Position numbers and translations under genes: made by a program. Positions 11,052-21,002 of a stretch of 64,000 nt of DNA are shown here, piece after piece. This stretch comes from Rickettsiales bacterium (lineage in GTDB: Bacteria > Pseudomonadota > Alphaproteobacteria > Rickettsiales > UBA998). Position 1 is the stretch's first letter; each line of letters starts with the position of its first letter. The notes under the pieces are model-generated. The model had not been told where the DNA came from. It saw only the letters and a list, made by a program, of their open reading frames with translations, and made no database searches. The DNA is taken from contig JAMWZD010000001.1 in NCBI GenBank assembly GCA_024304995.1, positions 129,472 through 193,471 of the forward strand. Reading direction: 5' to 3'.

Positions 11052-11360
11052 GTGAACGACGACAGCACAACCAGAACATTAGTGATTGAAGAAGATATCA
11101 CCATCGCTTCCGTACAATCTGTAGTTGATAGCATCAAAGGGCTGGAATTAAGCTCGGGAGAAATTTTGGCGCTGGATATGCAGTCCACCTGCAATATGAG
11201 TACACCCGGTGTGCAGTTACTATTCTCGCTCGACAAAATGCTGCGTGCGGATGGTGGCAAGCTCATGCTGCGCTCAAGTGACCACTTAAAAGAGAATGAT
11301 ATGTTTAAAAGCGCGGGATTTTCCAGCCATATAGAAGAATGGAGTCAGTCGGATGACTAA
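11052..11360 (+). CDS. STAS-domain protein at the head of the che operon (alphaproteobacterial CheX/orf1-like)
   Basis: GTG start preceded by 'gaggga'. It is about 100 aa with a STAS-like pattern ('EILALDMQSTCNMSTPGVQLLFSL'), and its 3' end overlaps the cheY start. Confidence 0.55.
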   Translation: MNDDSTTRTLVIEEDITIASVQSVVDSIKGLELSSGEILALDMQSTCNMSTPGVQLLFSLDKMLRADGGKLMLRSSDHLKENDMFKSAGFSSHIEEWSQSDD

Positions 11361-11727
11361 AAATATTTTAATTGTAGATGATTCAAAAACCATACGTGAC
11401 ATGCTGGAATTTACGTTGCAAAGCGCTGGCTTCTCGGTGCATCAGGCAGAAGATGGCGTGCAGGCAAAAGATATGCTGGAATCCAGCGAATTAAAACAGC
11501 TTGATCTGCTGATTACTGATCTGAACATGCCGAATATGGATGGCTTTGGGCTGATTGAATATGTCCGTAAGGATTCGCCACATAATTACATCCCCATTCT
11601 GATGCTGACAACAGAATCTGACGTTGAGAAGAAACAACGCGGGAAGTCACTCGGTGCAACGGGGTGGATCGTCAAACCCTTTAATCCTGAAAAATTAATT
11701 GCCGTTGTTAACAAGGTCTGTGCTTAA
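11353..11727 (+). CDS. cheY: Chemotaxis response regulator CheY
   Basis: Single receiver domain: 'ILIVDDS', 'LLITDLNMPNMDG', 'ATGWIVKPF'. Confidence 0.9.
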   Translation: MTKNILIVDDSKTIRDMLEFTLQSAGFSVHQAEDGVQAKDMLESSELKQLDLLITDLNMPNMDGFGLIEYVRKDSPHNYIPILMLTTESDVEKKQRGKSLGATGWIVKPFNPEKLIAVVNKVCA

Positions 11728-11738
11728 GGAACATTATT

Positions 11739-13805
11739 ATGTCAGACGGAATGGAAGAATTCAGAGAAACCTTTTTCACCGAGTGCGCCGAACTGCTTCT
11801 GGACATGGAAGAACGGCTGCTCGGTCTGGAAGAAGGCGAGCAGAATCTTGAAGAATTAAACGCAATTTTCCGCTGCGCGCACTCCATCAAAGGTGGGGCT
11901 GGTGCGTTTGGCATGGATGCGGTGATGAAATTCACCCATATTATGGAAGCCCTGCTTGATGCCATGCGCGACGGCAAAATTGTGCCTTCGCGCGACTCTA
12001 TTGACCTGTTGCTGAAATCTGCTGATCTGGTGACGCAGATGCTGGAAATGGAAAAAGCTGGTGAATCAGTTGATATGTCATACGGGCAGGAAGTTAAGGA
12101 TGCGCTGGCAGCCATCACTCAGGGAAAGCAAGTGAATGCAAGCGCGCTTTCAAGCAGTGCCATTGCTGCTCCTGCAGCGAAAGAACTGCGCGAAAAACTC
12201 TATATGATAACCTTCACGCCCCATCCTGACCTGTTTGCGAGCGGAAATGACCCTATGCTTATTCTGCGCGAACTGGACAAACTTGGCACGATGGAAGCGG
12301 CAATAGATATGTCTGCCGTGCCAGCGTTTAATGAACTCGAACCCACCACCTGTTATTTAAGCTGGCTTATCAGCCTGTTTACAAAGAAAACACGCAAGGA
12401 TATTGAAGAAGTCTTTGAATTTGTCAATGACATTAGCGTGATTGATATTTCATGCGAAACGCCAGATATTGAAGCAGAAGAACTGGCTGCTCTGGAAGCT
12501 GATGATAGTGCTGTGGAAGCACCTGAAATGCAGGCAGATGAAGCAGTTTCAGAAACAGAAAAGAAAGCCCCTGTGACTAAAGCAAGGAAAGCGCCGCCCG
12601 TTTCTGTTGCAAGCACCATTCGCGTTGATCTGGAAAAAGTGGATAAGCTGGTGAATATGGCAGGCGAACTGGTGATTACAGAAGCCATGATTCGTGACCA
12701 GATCAATCAGCTTCCAGCAGAACAACATGCCGCCCTGCTGCGCGGGGTAGATGAATTATCTCACCATACACGAGAATTGCAGGAAGCGGTGATGGCAGTG
12801 CGTATGCAACCTGTAAAATCCATCTTCTCCCGCTTGCCTCGCGTGGTGCGAGACACTGCCTCTCAGCTTGGCAAGGAAATTCAGTTGGTTCTGTCTGGTG
12901 AAAATACTGAAGTGGACAAAACCGTGATTGAACAGTTAGGTGACCCCCTCACCCACATGATTCGCAATAGCTGTGATCACGGCATTGAAATGCCAGATAA
13001 ACGCAAGGAACATGGCAAAAGCGCACAAGGCACAATTGTGCTTTCTGCCTACCATCAGTCAGGGCGCATCATGATTGAAATCACTGATGATGGCGCAGGC
13101 ATTAACCGTGAAAAAGTGTTGCAGATTGCCAAAGAAAAAGACGTAGTGGCAGAAGATGCGCAGCTTACACCAGAAGAAATTGATCATCTCATTTTTGCTC
13201 CTGGCTTTTCCACCGCTGCCGAAGTGACCAGTGTTTCTGGTCGCGGTGTGGGAATGGATGTGGTGAAGCGCAATATTGAAAGTCTTGGTGGTTCCGTGCA
13301 TATCACCAACAACCCTGGGAAAGGCTCTGTGTTCAGCGTATCGCTGCCACTGACGTTAGCCATTTTAGACGGCATGATCGTTCGGGTTGGCAGAGAAAAT
13401 TATATTGTTCCTATCACCAGCATCATTGAAACATTGCGTCCAAGAGCCGATGAGGTGCGCAGTGTGGTTGGCGGCAGAAATGTAATGAATGTTCGCGGTG
13501 AGTTTATTCCGCTCATCTATCTGCATGAGCAATTTGACGTGGCAGATGCAGAACATGATGCATCCAATGCGTTGGTAGTGCTGGTGGAAAACGGGCGCAA
13601 TCAGGTGGGCATTGTGGTGGATGAACTGCTCGGTCAGCAGCAGGTGGTTATCAAATCACTGGAAGAAAATGCAGATAAGATTGAGGGAGTGTCTGGAGCA
13701 ACCATTCTGGGAGATGGCAAAGTATCGCTTATTCTGGATATTCCCAGCCTGTGCCGCATAAAACATGAACGCGTCACACAACCCAAAATGCTTGAAATGG
13801 CATAA
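11739..13805 (+). CDS. cheA: Chemotaxis histidine kinase CheA
   Basis: Hpt motif 'HSIKGGAGAFG', HATPase boxes ('DPLTHMIRNSCDHGIE', 'DDGAGI', 'GRGVGMDVV'), and a C-terminal CheW-like domain. Confidence 0.95.
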   Translation: MSDGMEEFRETFFTECAELLLDMEERLLGLEEGEQNLEELNAIFRCAHSIKGGAGAFGMDAVMKFTHIMEALLDAMRDGKIVPSRDSIDLLLKSADLVTQMLEMEKAGESVDMSYGQEVKDALAAITQGKQVNASALSSSAIAAPAAKELREKLYMITFTPHPDLFASGNDPMLILRELDKLGTMEAAIDMSAVPAFNELEPTTCYLSWLISLFTKKTRKDIEEVFEFVNDISVIDISCETPDIEAEELAALEADDSAVEAPEMQADEAVSETEKKAPVTKARKAPPVSVASTIRVDLEKVDKLVNMAGELVITEAMIRDQINQLPAEQHAALLRGVDELSHHTRELQEAVMAVRMQPVKSIFSRLPRVVRDTASQLGKEIQLVLSGENTEVDKTVIEQLGDPLTHMIRNSCDHGIEMPDKRKEHGKSAQGTIVLSAYHQSGRIMIEITDDGAGINREKVLQIAKEKDVVAEDAQLTPEEIDHLIFAPGFSTAAEVTSVSGRGVGMDVVKRNIESLGGSVHITNNPGKGSVFSVSLPLTLAILDGMIVRVGRENYIVPITSIIETLRPRADEVRSVVGGRNVMNVRGEFIPLIYLHEQFDVADAEHDASNALVVLVENGRNQVGIVVDELLGQQQVVIKSLEENADKIEGVSGATILGDGKVSLILDIPSLCRIKHERVTQPKMLEMA

Positions 13806-13814
13806 TGTCAGGAG

Positions 13815-14348
13815 ATGGATATGGAACTGGAACGTGAAAGCAACATAAATACTAACGCAGATAATGCTTCAATTGATGAAGGAGAAATGCAGCAATTTCT
13901 CACCTTCACTCTGGGAGATGAAGAATATGGCGTGGATATTATGAAAGTGCGCGAGGTGAAAGGCTGGACGGATACAACACGTCTGCCAAATGCCCCTAAA
14001 TATGTTCGGGGGGTGTTAAATCTTCGTGGCATGATTTTGCCAATTATTGACCTCAGAACGCGATTTTCTGGCACACTAACAGATGCTACTTCAAAACATG
14101 TGATAGTGATTATTGCTGTATCAGACCGCATTGTAGGCGTGCTGGCAGATTCCGTCTCCGATATTATTACTGTTGGCAGCAATCAGATTAAATCTGCCCC
14201 CGAAATGGACTCAGGCGTTGATACCAAGTTTATTGACGGGCTGATAGCGCTGGAAGAACGCATGGTGGTGTTGCTGGACATGGAAAAACTGGTGCATACA
14301 GATGCAGAAGCATTTTCAACATCACACGCTCAAACCGAGCTGGCATAA
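13815..14348 (+). CDS. cheW: Chemotaxis coupling protein CheW
   Basis: CheW-like domain ('FLTFTLGDEEYGVDIMKVREV', 'GVLNLRGMILPIIDLR'). Confidence 0.9.
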   Translation: MDMELERESNINTNADNASIDEGEMQQFLTFTLGDEEYGVDIMKVREVKGWTDTTRLPNAPKYVRGVLNLRGMILPIIDLRTRFSGTLTDATSKHVIVIIAVSDRIVGVLADSVSDIITVGSNQIKSAPEMDSGVDTKFIDGLIALEERMVVLLDMEKLVHTDAEAFSTSHAQTELA

Positions 14349-14365
14349 AACACAGGAGCAGATAA

Positions 14366-16915
14366 ATGTTAGATTTTTTCTCAGGAAATACATCCCAAAG
14401 CGCAATCAAAGCAGAAGCGCTGGATAGCATACAGGCAAATGTGATGATGACAGACGCAGAGCTGAACATTACTTATGTTAATACTGCAATGAAACATATG
14501 CTGGAGGCTGCGCAGCAGGAAGCTGGCAACGATTCCAGATTCAGCAGCAGTGAATTAAAAGGCAAAAATCTTGATATTTTTCTGGATGTTTCTGCCTTAA
14601 AGAACCACTTTCTCTCTGGCAAAAAAGAGCCATATGACACCATCATTCAGATGGGACGTTTGATTGTTAAACTGACGGCAACCCGCGTGATGCATCAGGG
14701 CAAAGCCACTGGGTTTGTGATTGAATGGAACAATGCTGATAATGAAGTCAAAATTCGTTCTTTGGAAAAATCACAGGCGGTAATTCAGTTTAAGATAGAC
14801 GGAACCATTATCAGCGCCAATGATAATTTTCTCGCCGCAATGGGATATAGCCTTGAGGATGTGGCAGGAAAACATCATTCTGTTTTCGTCAGCAAGGATT
14901 ATGCAACATCAGATGAATATAAGGACTTCTGGAACAGGTTAAACAAAGGAGAAACCTTCACCGATGAATTTCTGCGCTTTCGCAAAGATGGCTCAGAAAT
15001 CTGGATTCAGGCATCTTACAACCCCATTTTGAACAAAAGTGGCGATGTGATTCGCGTTGTTAAATATGCCACTGACATTACAGATCAGGTGCGTGCAAAA
15101 CAAAAAGCAAAAATATTGTCTCTGGTCGCCGACAATACTGATAATTCGGTCATTATCACGGACACGGAAGAACGCATTGAATATGTCAATCCTGGTTTTA
15201 CCCGAATGACAGGGTACGCATCAGAAGATGTTATTGGAAAACGTCCTGGTGACTTTCTACAGGGTGTCAGCACCGATCCTGAAACTAAACGCAAAATACG
15301 GGAAAAACTGAATGCAAAAAAGGCTTTTTATAGCGAAATTCTGAATTACCACAAAAATGGGCAGCCTTACTGGATTTCATTATCCATCAACCCTATTTTT
15401 GATAAGAACGGAACACTGGAACGTTTCATTTCCATTCAGGCGAATATTACTGAAACCAAAGAACAGGCATTGCGCTCGCAAGGGTGCATAGATGCGATGG
15501 AACGTGTGCAGGCATCCATTGAGTTCACAAAAGAAGGTATCATCAAAAAAGCCAACCCTATTTTTCTGGAACTGACAGGCTATAGCATGGAAGAGATTGA
15601 AGGCAGACATCACCGCATGTTTATGCCAGATGGTGAAGACAAATCTTCTGATTATCGGGAATTCTGGGCAGCACTGGCGCGTGGAGAACCTCAGGCGGGC
15701 GCTTTTAGGCGAAAAGACAAACAAGGCGATGACATCTGGATTCGTGGTTCTTACAGCCCTATCAGGGATGCTTTTGGCGAAGTAAGCGGCGTGGTAAAAT
15801 ATGCGACTGACATTACAGAAACCCGCACAGCTCGACTGGAAAATGACAAGGGCATTGAAGAATGCACGCGTGTGCTGCAGGCAGTCTCCGAAGGTGATTT
15901 AACCCAAAAAATGACCTATGATTATCAAGGCAGCTTCGGCACGATTAAAGAGAATGTCAATAACACGATTGAAAAACTGATTGATATTGTGCAGCAGGTG
16001 AAGCAAACCGCACAATCCGTCAATGTGGCATCAGGTGAAATTTCGTCTGGCAGCATGGACTTATCACTACGCACTGAACAGCAGGCTTCTTCTTTGGAAG
16101 AAACGGCTGCCTCGATGGAACGCATCACAGGCACAGTGAATCAGAATTCTGGTAACGCCACACAAGCCAGCGAACTGGCGAAGGAAGCACAGGACGTGGC
16201 AGAAAATGGCGGGAAAGTAGTGCATGAAACCGTGAATGCGATGAATAATATTGAGAAATCATCACAGAAAATTGCGGATATTATTGGCGTGATTGATGAA
16301 ATTGCCTTCCAGACCAATCTGCTTGCACTGAATGCCGCTGTGGAAGCCGCGCGCGCGGGCGAAGCGGGCAAGGGTTTTGCGGTGGTGGCAAGTGAGGTGC
16401 GCTCACTCGCAGGGCGTTCTGCATCTGCATCCAAAGAAATCAAAGCCTTAATTGAAGAATCAGGACGGCAGGTGAAAATGGGTGCAGAACTGGCAGACAA
16501 GGCAGGAAACACATTGCAGGAAATTGTCAAATCCGTGCATGATGTAAGCTCACTCGTCAGCGACATTGCAACAGCCAGCAAGGAACAGGCAACCAATATT
16601 CACGAAGTGTCTGCCGCTGTTGGACAGATGGATGAAATGACGCAGCAAAATGCTGCGCTGGTAGAAGAAAACACGGCTGCATCCCAATCTATGACAGAAC
16701 AGGCGAACACGCTGGAAGGCTTAATTGCATTCTTCAAGGTGGATAAAATGAACCTTGCGTCATCACATGGCACTGCAACCAAAGCCAAAGTGCAAAAGCC
16801 AGCGCCGCAGGATTTGCCAAAGAAAGCGCCTATTGTCTCACCAAAGCTGAATGGCAGCCACTCCCCTACTGCTAGCAATAGCTACGCGGCGAGTGATGGC
16901 TGGGAAGAGTTTTAA
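14366..16915 (+). CDS. Cytoplasmic methyl-accepting chemotaxis protein with multiple PAS domains
   Basis: No TM segments. Repeated PAS/PAC-like blocks ('[17 protein letters not shown]', '[17 protein letters not shown]', '[19 protein letters not shown]'), a HAMP-like segment, the MCP tip, and a C-terminal 'GWEEF'. Confidence 0.9.
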   Translation: MLDFFSGNTSQSAIKAEALDSIQANVMMTDAELNITYVNTAMKHMLEAAQQEAGNDSRFSSSELKGKNLDIFLDVSALKNHFLSGKKEPYDTIIQMGRLIVKLTATRVMHQGKATGFVIEWNNADNEVKIRSLEKSQAVIQFKIDGTIISANDNFLAAMGYSLEDVAGKHHSVFVSKDYATSDEYKDFWNRLNKGETFTDEFLRFRKDGSEIWIQASYNPILNKSGDVIRVVKYATDITDQVRAKQKAKILSLVADNTDNSVIITDTEERIEYVNPGFTRMTGYASEDVIGKRPGDFLQGVSTDPETKRKIREKLNAKKAFYSEILNYHKNGQPYWISLSINPIFDKNGTLERFISIQANITETKEQALRSQGCIDAMERVQASIEFTKEGIIKKANPIFLELTGYSMEEIEGRHHRMFMPDGEDKSSDYREFWAALARGEPQAGAFRRKDKQGDDIWIRGSYSPIRDAFGEVSGVVKYATDITETRTARLENDKGIEECTRVLQAVSEGDLTQKMTYDYQGSFGTIKENVNNTIEKLIDIVQQVKQTAQSVNVASGEISSGSMDLSLRTEQQASSLEETAASMERITGTVNQNSGNATQASELAKEAQDVAENGGKVVHETVNAMNNIEKSSQKIADIIGVIDEIAFQTNLLALNAAVEAARAGEAGKGFAVVASEVRSLAGRSASASKEIKALIEESGRQVKMGAELADKAGNTLQEIVKSVHDVSSLVSDIATASKEQATNIHEVSAAVGQMDEMTQQNAALVEENTAASQSMTEQANTLEGLIAFFKVDKMNLASSHGTATKAKVQKPAPQDLPKKAPIVSPKLNGSHSPTASNSYAASDGWEEF

Positions 16916-16919
16916 TTAA

Positions 16920-17744
16920 GTGAACGCTTTACCCCATAATGATACATCCAGAGAGTTTACGTTCAGTGATGCGCATTTTTCTTTTCTGGCAGGACTAGCC
17001 AACCAGAAAACGGGCATTGTGCTGACCGATCGCAAAAAAGATATGGTATATGGCAGACTGGCTCGCCGTCTGCGGATTCTGGGCATCTCGAGTTTTGACG
17101 ATTATTGTGAATTGCTGAAGAAAGGTGATAATGATGAGATGGGTCATCTGGTGAATGCCATCACCACAAATCTGACACGGTTTTTCCGCGAACCACATCA
17201 TTTTGAGCATCTGCGTGACATCTTAAAGCAAATGAAAGGGCAGGAACGCATCAGGCTGTGGTCTGCTGGCTGTTCTTCTGGCATGGAACCTTATTCTATG
17301 GCAATGTGCGTGGCAGACAGCATCCCGAATGCCAGCAAACGTGATGTGCGGATTCTGGCAACGGATATTGATTCTAATATTCTGAGCGTAGGCTCACAGG
17401 GGGAATACCCTCCCACAGATGTGGAAACCGTGCCATCAGAATTCAGAAAATATATCAGCACTCAATCAAATGGCAATGCTCAGATGGCTTCTGAATTGCG
17501 CGAGCTCATTAAATTCAATCAGCTCAATTTGCTGGAGCCGTGGCCTATGAAAGGGCAGTTTGATATTATCTTTTGCCGTAACGTGATTATTTATTTTGAC
17601 AAAGAGACAAAATGCAGAATCTTTGAGCATATGGCGCGTGTTACACAACCTGGTGCATGGATGTATATTGGACATTCTGAAAATTTAAACGGTGTCACAG
17701 ATAAGTTTAAACTTATCGGACGCACCATCTATCAGAGAGTGTGA
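16920..17744 (+). CDS. cheR: Chemotaxis methyltransferase CheR
   Basis: GTG start. CheR N-terminal helical domain plus SAM-binding motifs ('IRLWSAGCSSGMEPYS', 'FDIIFCRNVIIYFD'). Confidence 0.9.
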   Translation: MNALPHNDTSREFTFSDAHFSFLAGLANQKTGIVLTDRKKDMVYGRLARRLRILGISSFDDYCELLKKGDNDEMGHLVNAITTNLTRFFREPHHFEHLRDILKQMKGQERIRLWSAGCSSGMEPYSMAMCVADSIPNASKRDVRILATDIDSNILSVGSQGEYPPTDVETVPSEFRKYISTQSNGNAQMASELRELIKFNQLNLLEPWPMKGQFDIIFCRNVIIYFDKETKCRIFEHMARVTQPGAWMYIGHSENLNGVTDKFKLIGRTIYQRV

Positions 17745-18406
17745 CGCACATGACATCAGACTTTCGCTCACAACATATCCCCCCTGCGGCAGACAGACGA
17801 CGCGCAACAGAAACGGATGATCTGTTCAGCAGCAGCGCTGGCGCGTTCGACCCGCATACGGGCTATAAAATGATAAAAATCTTTTCGGGCGGGTGGCATG
17901 TGTCTGTGGGCGGAAAAGAAATGCTGGCAACCATATTGGGTTCTTGCGTGTGCGCTTGCGTGCGTGACCCTGCTATTGCTGTAGGCGGGATGAACCATTT
18001 TTTACTGCCAGATGGCGGCACAGGCAATGCCTCCGCATCAGATGCCACACGTTACGGCATGTTTGCTATGGAAACGTTGATCAACAACATCCTCTCAAAA
18101 GGCGGCAAAAAAGAACGGCTGGAAATAAAAGTGTTTGGTGGTGGCAATATGCTCGGGAATGCGCAACCTATTGGCGCTAAAAATATTGCTTTCATACGCA
18201 GCTATTTAAAGTCTGAAGGATTGAGCATTACGTCTGAAGATTTAGGCGGCAATCAACCACGGCGCGTGCATTATTTTCCCGACACGGGCAAAGTGATGCT
18301 GCGCAAACTGCGCCGCACTGAAGATATGCGCGTGGTGGAAGAAGAGATCAGATATCAGAAATCTATTGCAGCAAAACCAATTGAGGGCGACATTGACTTA
18401 TTCTAG
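17741..18406 (+). CDS. cheD: Chemoreceptor glutamine deamidase CheD
   Basis: 'LATILGSCVCACVRD', 'GMNHFLLP' and 'LEIKVFGGGNM' match the CheD core. The GTGA start overlaps the cheR stop. Confidence 0.85.
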   Translation: MTHMTSDFRSQHIPPAADRRRATETDDLFSSSAGAFDPHTGYKMIKIFSGGWHVSVGGKEMLATILGSCVCACVRDPAIAVGGMNHFLLPDGGTGNASASDATRYGMFAMETLINNILSKGGKKERLEIKVFGGGNMLGNAQPIGAKNIAFIRSYLKSEGLSITSEDLGGNQPRRVHYFPDTGKVMLRKLRRTEDMRVVEEEIRYQKSIAAKPIEGDIDLF

Positions 18407-19463
18407 CGCACATAAACCCATCCGCGTGCTGATATGTGATGATTCCACACTCATCCGCCACATGTTCAGCAAAATACTCTCTGAAGCTGAGGGCATTGAG
18501 GTGATCGGCACAGCAATAGACCCGCTGGATGCACGCCAGAAAATCAAGGGTTTAAACCCTGATGTGCTGACGCTGGACATTGAAATGCCGAATATGGATG
18601 GTCTTTCATTTCTGGAAAAAATTATGACACTTCGCCCCATGCCTGTGGTCATGGCATCCACACTCACTCAGAAAGGCGCAGATGCCACCATTCGCGCATT
18701 GGAACTTGGCGCGGTGGATTATGTGAGCAAGCCAACAGGGCTTCAGGTGGCAAGCAGCATTGAAGCGATGGGAGAAGAACTGATTGCAAAAGTGCGTATT
18801 GCTGCACGTGCCAATGTTGCGTCGCTGGCAAAACACGCACATCAAAAGACCAAAGTGCTATATAACCCGTCACATCACCAACAACGGATCATTGCTATAG
18901 GGTCATCAACAGGTGGAGTGGAAGCATTACGCACCATCTTTGAACAGCTGCCCAAAAACTCCCCTCCTCTTTTGCTGGTGCAGCATATGCCGTCACAGTT
19001 TTTGTCTTCTTTTGTCACACGGCTGGATACGCATTCAGAAGTGCATGTGAACGAAGCGAAGCAGGGTGACATTCTGAAAGCAGGACATGCCTATGTTGCC
19101 GCATCCAGCAAACATCTTGAAGTCAGACGTGGTGCGATGGGCTATCAATGCAATTTGAGGGAAGGCGCACCCATAACAGGGCATCTTCCCTCTGTGGATG
19201 CATTATTTCACTCAGTTGCTACCACCTGCGGCAAAGATGCTATTGGCGTGATTCTGACAGGCATGGGGAAAGACGGGGCAGAAGGCATGAAAGCCATGCA
19301 TGAAAGTGGCGCATACACAATTGGGCAGAATCAGGCAAGCTGCGTGGTATACGGAATGCCGAAGGCAGCCCATGATCTTGGCGGGGTTGCCACACAACTG
19401 CCACTGAACGACATTGCAAAACACATGCTGACAGCCGCAGCGGGGGCGCTTCATGGAGCATAG
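18366..19463 (+). CDS. cheB: Chemotaxis methylesterase CheB
   Basis: Receiver domain ('IRVLICDDS', 'LTLDIEMPNMDG') plus esterase domain ('IAIGSSTGG', 'HMP', 'LTGMGKDG'). The exact start is uncertain because the ORF overlaps cheD by about 40 nt. Confidence 0.9.
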   Translation: MQQNQLRATLTYSSAHKPIRVLICDDSTLIRHMFSKILSEAEGIEVIGTAIDPLDARQKIKGLNPDVLTLDIEMPNMDGLSFLEKIMTLRPMPVVMASTLTQKGADATIRALELGAVDYVSKPTGLQVASSIEAMGEELIAKVRIAARANVASLAKHAHQKTKVLYNPSHHQQRIIAIGSSTGGVEALRTIFEQLPKNSPPLLLVQHMPSQFLSSFVTRLDTHSEVHVNEAKQGDILKAGHAYVAASSKHLEVRRGAMGYQCNLREGAPITGHLPSVDALFHSVATTCGKDAIGVILTGMGKDGAEGMKAMHESGAYTIGQNQASCVVYGMPKAAHDLGGVATQLPLNDIAKHMLTAAAGALHGA

Positions 19464-20001
19464 TAAGGAACAGAAAAGCAAAGAGGAACAGGCCGTCAAT
19501 TCTGCGTTTGCAAGTACACAGGCCGTGGCAAGCATTGGCATTGCAACCATTCAGATGCTTGAAACCCTGCTTCCTGCAGCAGCAGAAGAAGTGGAACGGG
19601 AAAGCTCTGATGCGACCAGACATTTCATGACCATCAGTTCCTATCTTTCACAGCAGGAAGCCCCATTGCCAGACCACGTTAAAGACGCAATGTCAGGCAT
19701 TATGATTGCAATGCAGTTTCAGGACAGAAACACACAGGTGATAGAAAATGTGACCTCTATTTTAGAGCGTTACCGTTCCATGCTTGAGGATATTTATAAC
19801 AATATTGATTCCATGGATAACGTATCATCGCAGGATATGCAGCATATCACTAATAATGTGGAACATATCCTTTCTGGCATCCGCATGAGTGACATACGTG
19901 ACCGATATGTAGCCGCTTTAAAAAAAGCGAAAATGCATACGCATGTTAACACTCAGGTAACACCAGAAAGTTATGATAATGATGATATTGAATTATTTTG
20001 A
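19453..20001 (+). CDS. Che-operon protein with a CheZ-type 'FQD-x3-Q' motif (function unproven)
   Basis: 182-aa ORF overlapping the cheB end by 11 nt. It contains 'IAMQFQDRNTQVIENV', which has the same D-x3-Q spacing as the E. coli CheZ active site 'DFQDLTGQ'. Confidence 0.5.
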   Translation: MEHSKEQKSKEEQAVNSAFASTQAVASIGIATIQMLETLLPAAAEEVERESSDATRHFMTISSYLSQQEAPLPDHVKDAMSGIMIAMQFQDRNTQVIENVTSILERYRSMLEDIYNNIDSMDNVSSQDMQHITNNVEHILSGIRMSDIRDRYVAALKKAKMHTHVNTQVTPESYDNDDIELF

Positions 20002-20019
20002 TCAGGCGGGAGAAGTATA

Positions 20020-20409
20020 ATGGCAGTAGATAAAAATATGGACATCATCGTGGTGGATGATTTTAAAACCATGGTGCAGCTTACCAAAGGGCTGCTCAGC
20101 CAGATGGGCTTTAAAAATGTGGATGAGGCAGCAGATGGCAAGGAAGCACTGGCAAAAATCAAAAACAAGAAATACGGGCTTATCTTGTCTGACTGGAACA
20201 TGGAACCGATGACTGGCTTAGAACTGCTCAAAGCAGTGCGCGCAGATGATGCGATCAAACATATTCCAATGATTTTAATTACGGCAGAAAGCAAGCCGCA
20301 AAATATTATTGCTGCCAAGCAGGCTGGCGTGAATAACTACATCGTAAAACCTGTTACAGGCAAAGCTCTGAAAGAAAAAATGAGCGCTGTTCTTGGCGCA
20401 ATAGACTAA
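20020..20409 (+). CDS. cheY: Chemotaxis response regulator CheY (second copy)
   Basis: Single receiver domain: 'IIVVDDF', 'LILSDWNMEPMTG', 'VNNYIVKPV'. Confidence 0.9.
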   Translation: MAVDKNMDIIVVDDFKTMVQLTKGLLSQMGFKNVDEAADGKEALAKIKNKKYGLILSDWNMEPMTGLELLKAVRADDAIKHIPMILITAESKPQNIIAAKQAGVNNYIVKPVTGKALKEKMSAVLGAID

Positions 20410-20438
20410 GTCCATCATTACGAAAAGGGAGCTGACTT

Positions 20439-20927
20439 ATGGAAAAAGCGGAAATGGAACAACAACTTAAGACGCTTTATGTTCAGGTGCAGGATATATG
20501 TGGACATTTCAAACAGATTCGCGGTGAAGCATCAGACATTATCGAAAAAAGCAAAATGCCAGAAACCACCCGCCATCTGGAAGATGTGCTGGAAGAATCT
20601 GAAAAAGCCACTGTAACCATTATGCAGGCTGCTTCTGCCATTAATGAGATGGCAGAAAATAATCAGGGCATCTCCAAAGAAGCTGCACCAAAAGTGATGG
20701 AACAGATCGGCCTGATCTATGAAGCCGCTGCCTTTCAGGATATTGGCGGGCAGCGCATCAAAAAAGTGATTGCAGGATTGAAAAATCTCGAAGCACGGTT
20801 AAATCACATTGCCAGCGCCGCACGTGGAGAAGTCAACACGGCTCATGAAGACGAACTTAGAAAAGGTCCCGCAGCCAGCGGCGAAGCCCCTTCACAGGAA
20901 GAAGTGGATAAGTTGTTTGGTTCCTGA
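20439..20927 (+). CDS. CheZ-like CheY-P phosphatase
   Basis: 162-aa helical protein with 'EAAAFQDIGGQRIKKV' (CheZ D-x3-Q motif), located immediately downstream of cheY. Confidence 0.6.
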   Translation: MEKAEMEQQLKTLYVQVQDICGHFKQIRGEASDIIEKSKMPETTRHLEDVLEESEKATVTIMQAASAINEMAENNQGISKEAAPKVMEQIGLIYEAAAFQDIGGQRIKKVIAGLKNLEARLNHIASAARGEVNTAHEDELRKGPAASGEAPSQEEVDKLFGS

Positions 20928-21002
20928 TTTGTCAGAACTGGAATTCTCAAAAAAATTCTGTGAATTGCCATATGTAACGCCAGAACATATATTTCTACAA
21001 AC

